A stretch of 18,315 nt of DNA, taken from positions 1 through 18,315 of the forward strand of contig JAEOTX010000152.1 in the NCBI GenBank assembly GCA_016839605.1, in the 5' to 3' direction. This document shows, one piece after another, positions 17,466 to 18,315 of this stretch. Under the pieces are notes generated by a model. The model did no database searches, had not been told where the DNA came from, and saw only the letters and a list, made by a program, of their open reading frames with translations. The translations under genes were made by a program, and so were the position numbers. The number at the start of each line of letters is the position of its first letter. Positions within the stretch are counted from its first letter, which is position 1. Source of the stretch: Candidatus Thorarchaeota archaeon (GTDB lineage Archaea > Asgardarchaeota > Thorarchaeia > Thorarchaeales > Thorarchaeaceae).

Positions 17466-18257
17466 CTATTTTGCACTCAGAAACTCGATTAAGGTATTGT
17501 TGAATTCCTCAGTCATCTGCACCGTTGGCGAGTGACCACATCCCTCTAGGATTTTTAGTTTTGATCCCTTTATCCCTTCATGAATCATTCTGCCTAGTTC
17601 TAACTTCATGATTCGATCGTCCTCGCCGTGAATAACAAGGGTCTTGGCTTTGATATTGGACAGCTGCTCTGTGAATTCAATTGTGGAGAACCCAAGCCCT
17701 GCTGCGAGGACTCCTTCATCATTCGTATCCGCTGATTTTTCCTTCAGATATTGAACCACGTCTGGATTGTTCTCGATCCACTCATCACTATATCCACTAC
17801 GCAGAGAAGTCCAGAAGTAGGCCTCGTCACCACCCTCAACTTGTGCCTCTCTCCAGCTATAGACGACATCAATCATATCTTCTGTTATCTTTGGACTAGT
17901 ATCTACTAGGACTAGCTTATCCACTCTCTCTGGATATCTGAGTACGAAGTTCTGGGCGACCATACCACCCAATGAAATACCAACAACGTGCACCATTTCA
18001 AGACCAAGATGCTCTAGCAGAGCGTTTAGGTCATCCGCAACTAGGTCTGGCGGAATCATCATTCCAAGCTCTTCTACTGTAGTCTGTCCATGCCCTCTCA
18101 GGTCAGGCATGATAATATGAAAACGTGCTGCGAGGTCCTTCTCTTGAAATTCCCATCCGCGATGGTCTCCCCCAAGACCATGTATCAACAGAACAGAATC
18201 GCCTTCACCAGCAGTCTTGTAGAACATCGATATGTCATCGTAGTCGAAGCGGGGCAC
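17466..18257 (-). CDS. Alpha/beta hydrolase (enol-lactonase/esterase-like)
   Basis: HGLGG, PDLRGHG, nucleophile elbow GISLGG, HGEDD and catalytic His in GCGHSP. Confidence 0.92.
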   Translation of the reverse strand: MPRFDYDDISMFYKTAGEGDSVLLIHGLGGDHRGWEFQEKDLAARFHIIMPDLRGHGQTTVEELGMMIPPDLVADDLNALLEHLGLEMVHVVGISLGGMVAQNFVLRYPERVDKLVLVDTSPKITEDMIDVVYSWREAQVEGGDEAYFWTSLRSGYSDEWIENNPDVVQYLKEKSADTNDEGVLAAGLGFSTIEFTEQLSNIKAKTLVIHGEDDRIMKLELGRMIHEGIKGSKLKILEGCGHSPTVQMTEEFNNTLIEFLSAK

Positions 18258-18315
18258 TTCATCCTCTCCGTCAGCGGGGCGATATCACATCCTACGGATA
18301 AGCTTGTCGAAGTGG

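Overview
Archaeal chromosomal window. The 16S sequence and gene content suggest an Asgard archaeon, possibly Thorarchaeia, but this is an impression and not a computed placement. The centrepiece is a stand-alone 16S rRNA gene on the minus strand (about 4539-6699), with no 23S or tRNA following it, interrupted by two bulge-helix-bulge (BHB) introns. The first is a 616-nt intron near E. coli position 977/978 (5140-5755) that encodes a degenerate LAGLIDADG-like domain fused to a winged HTH. The second is a 30-nt micro-intron at E. coli 1531/1532 (4548-4577) that separates the anti-Shine-Dalgarno tail from helix 45. A third BHB intron lies in tRNA-Ala(CGC) (8371-8476). Left of the rRNA are a radical SAM gene that seems to start at CTG, a flavodoxin, two hypothetical genes, a solitary BglII/BstYI-type endonuclease and an ArsR-like regulator. 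Right of it are a membrane protein/wHTH pair, DUF302, a methyltransferase, a class I aldolase, two tandem OsmC genes, valS, a surface protein, an aldo/keto reductase, pyrH, a wHTH protein and an alpha/beta hydrolase.
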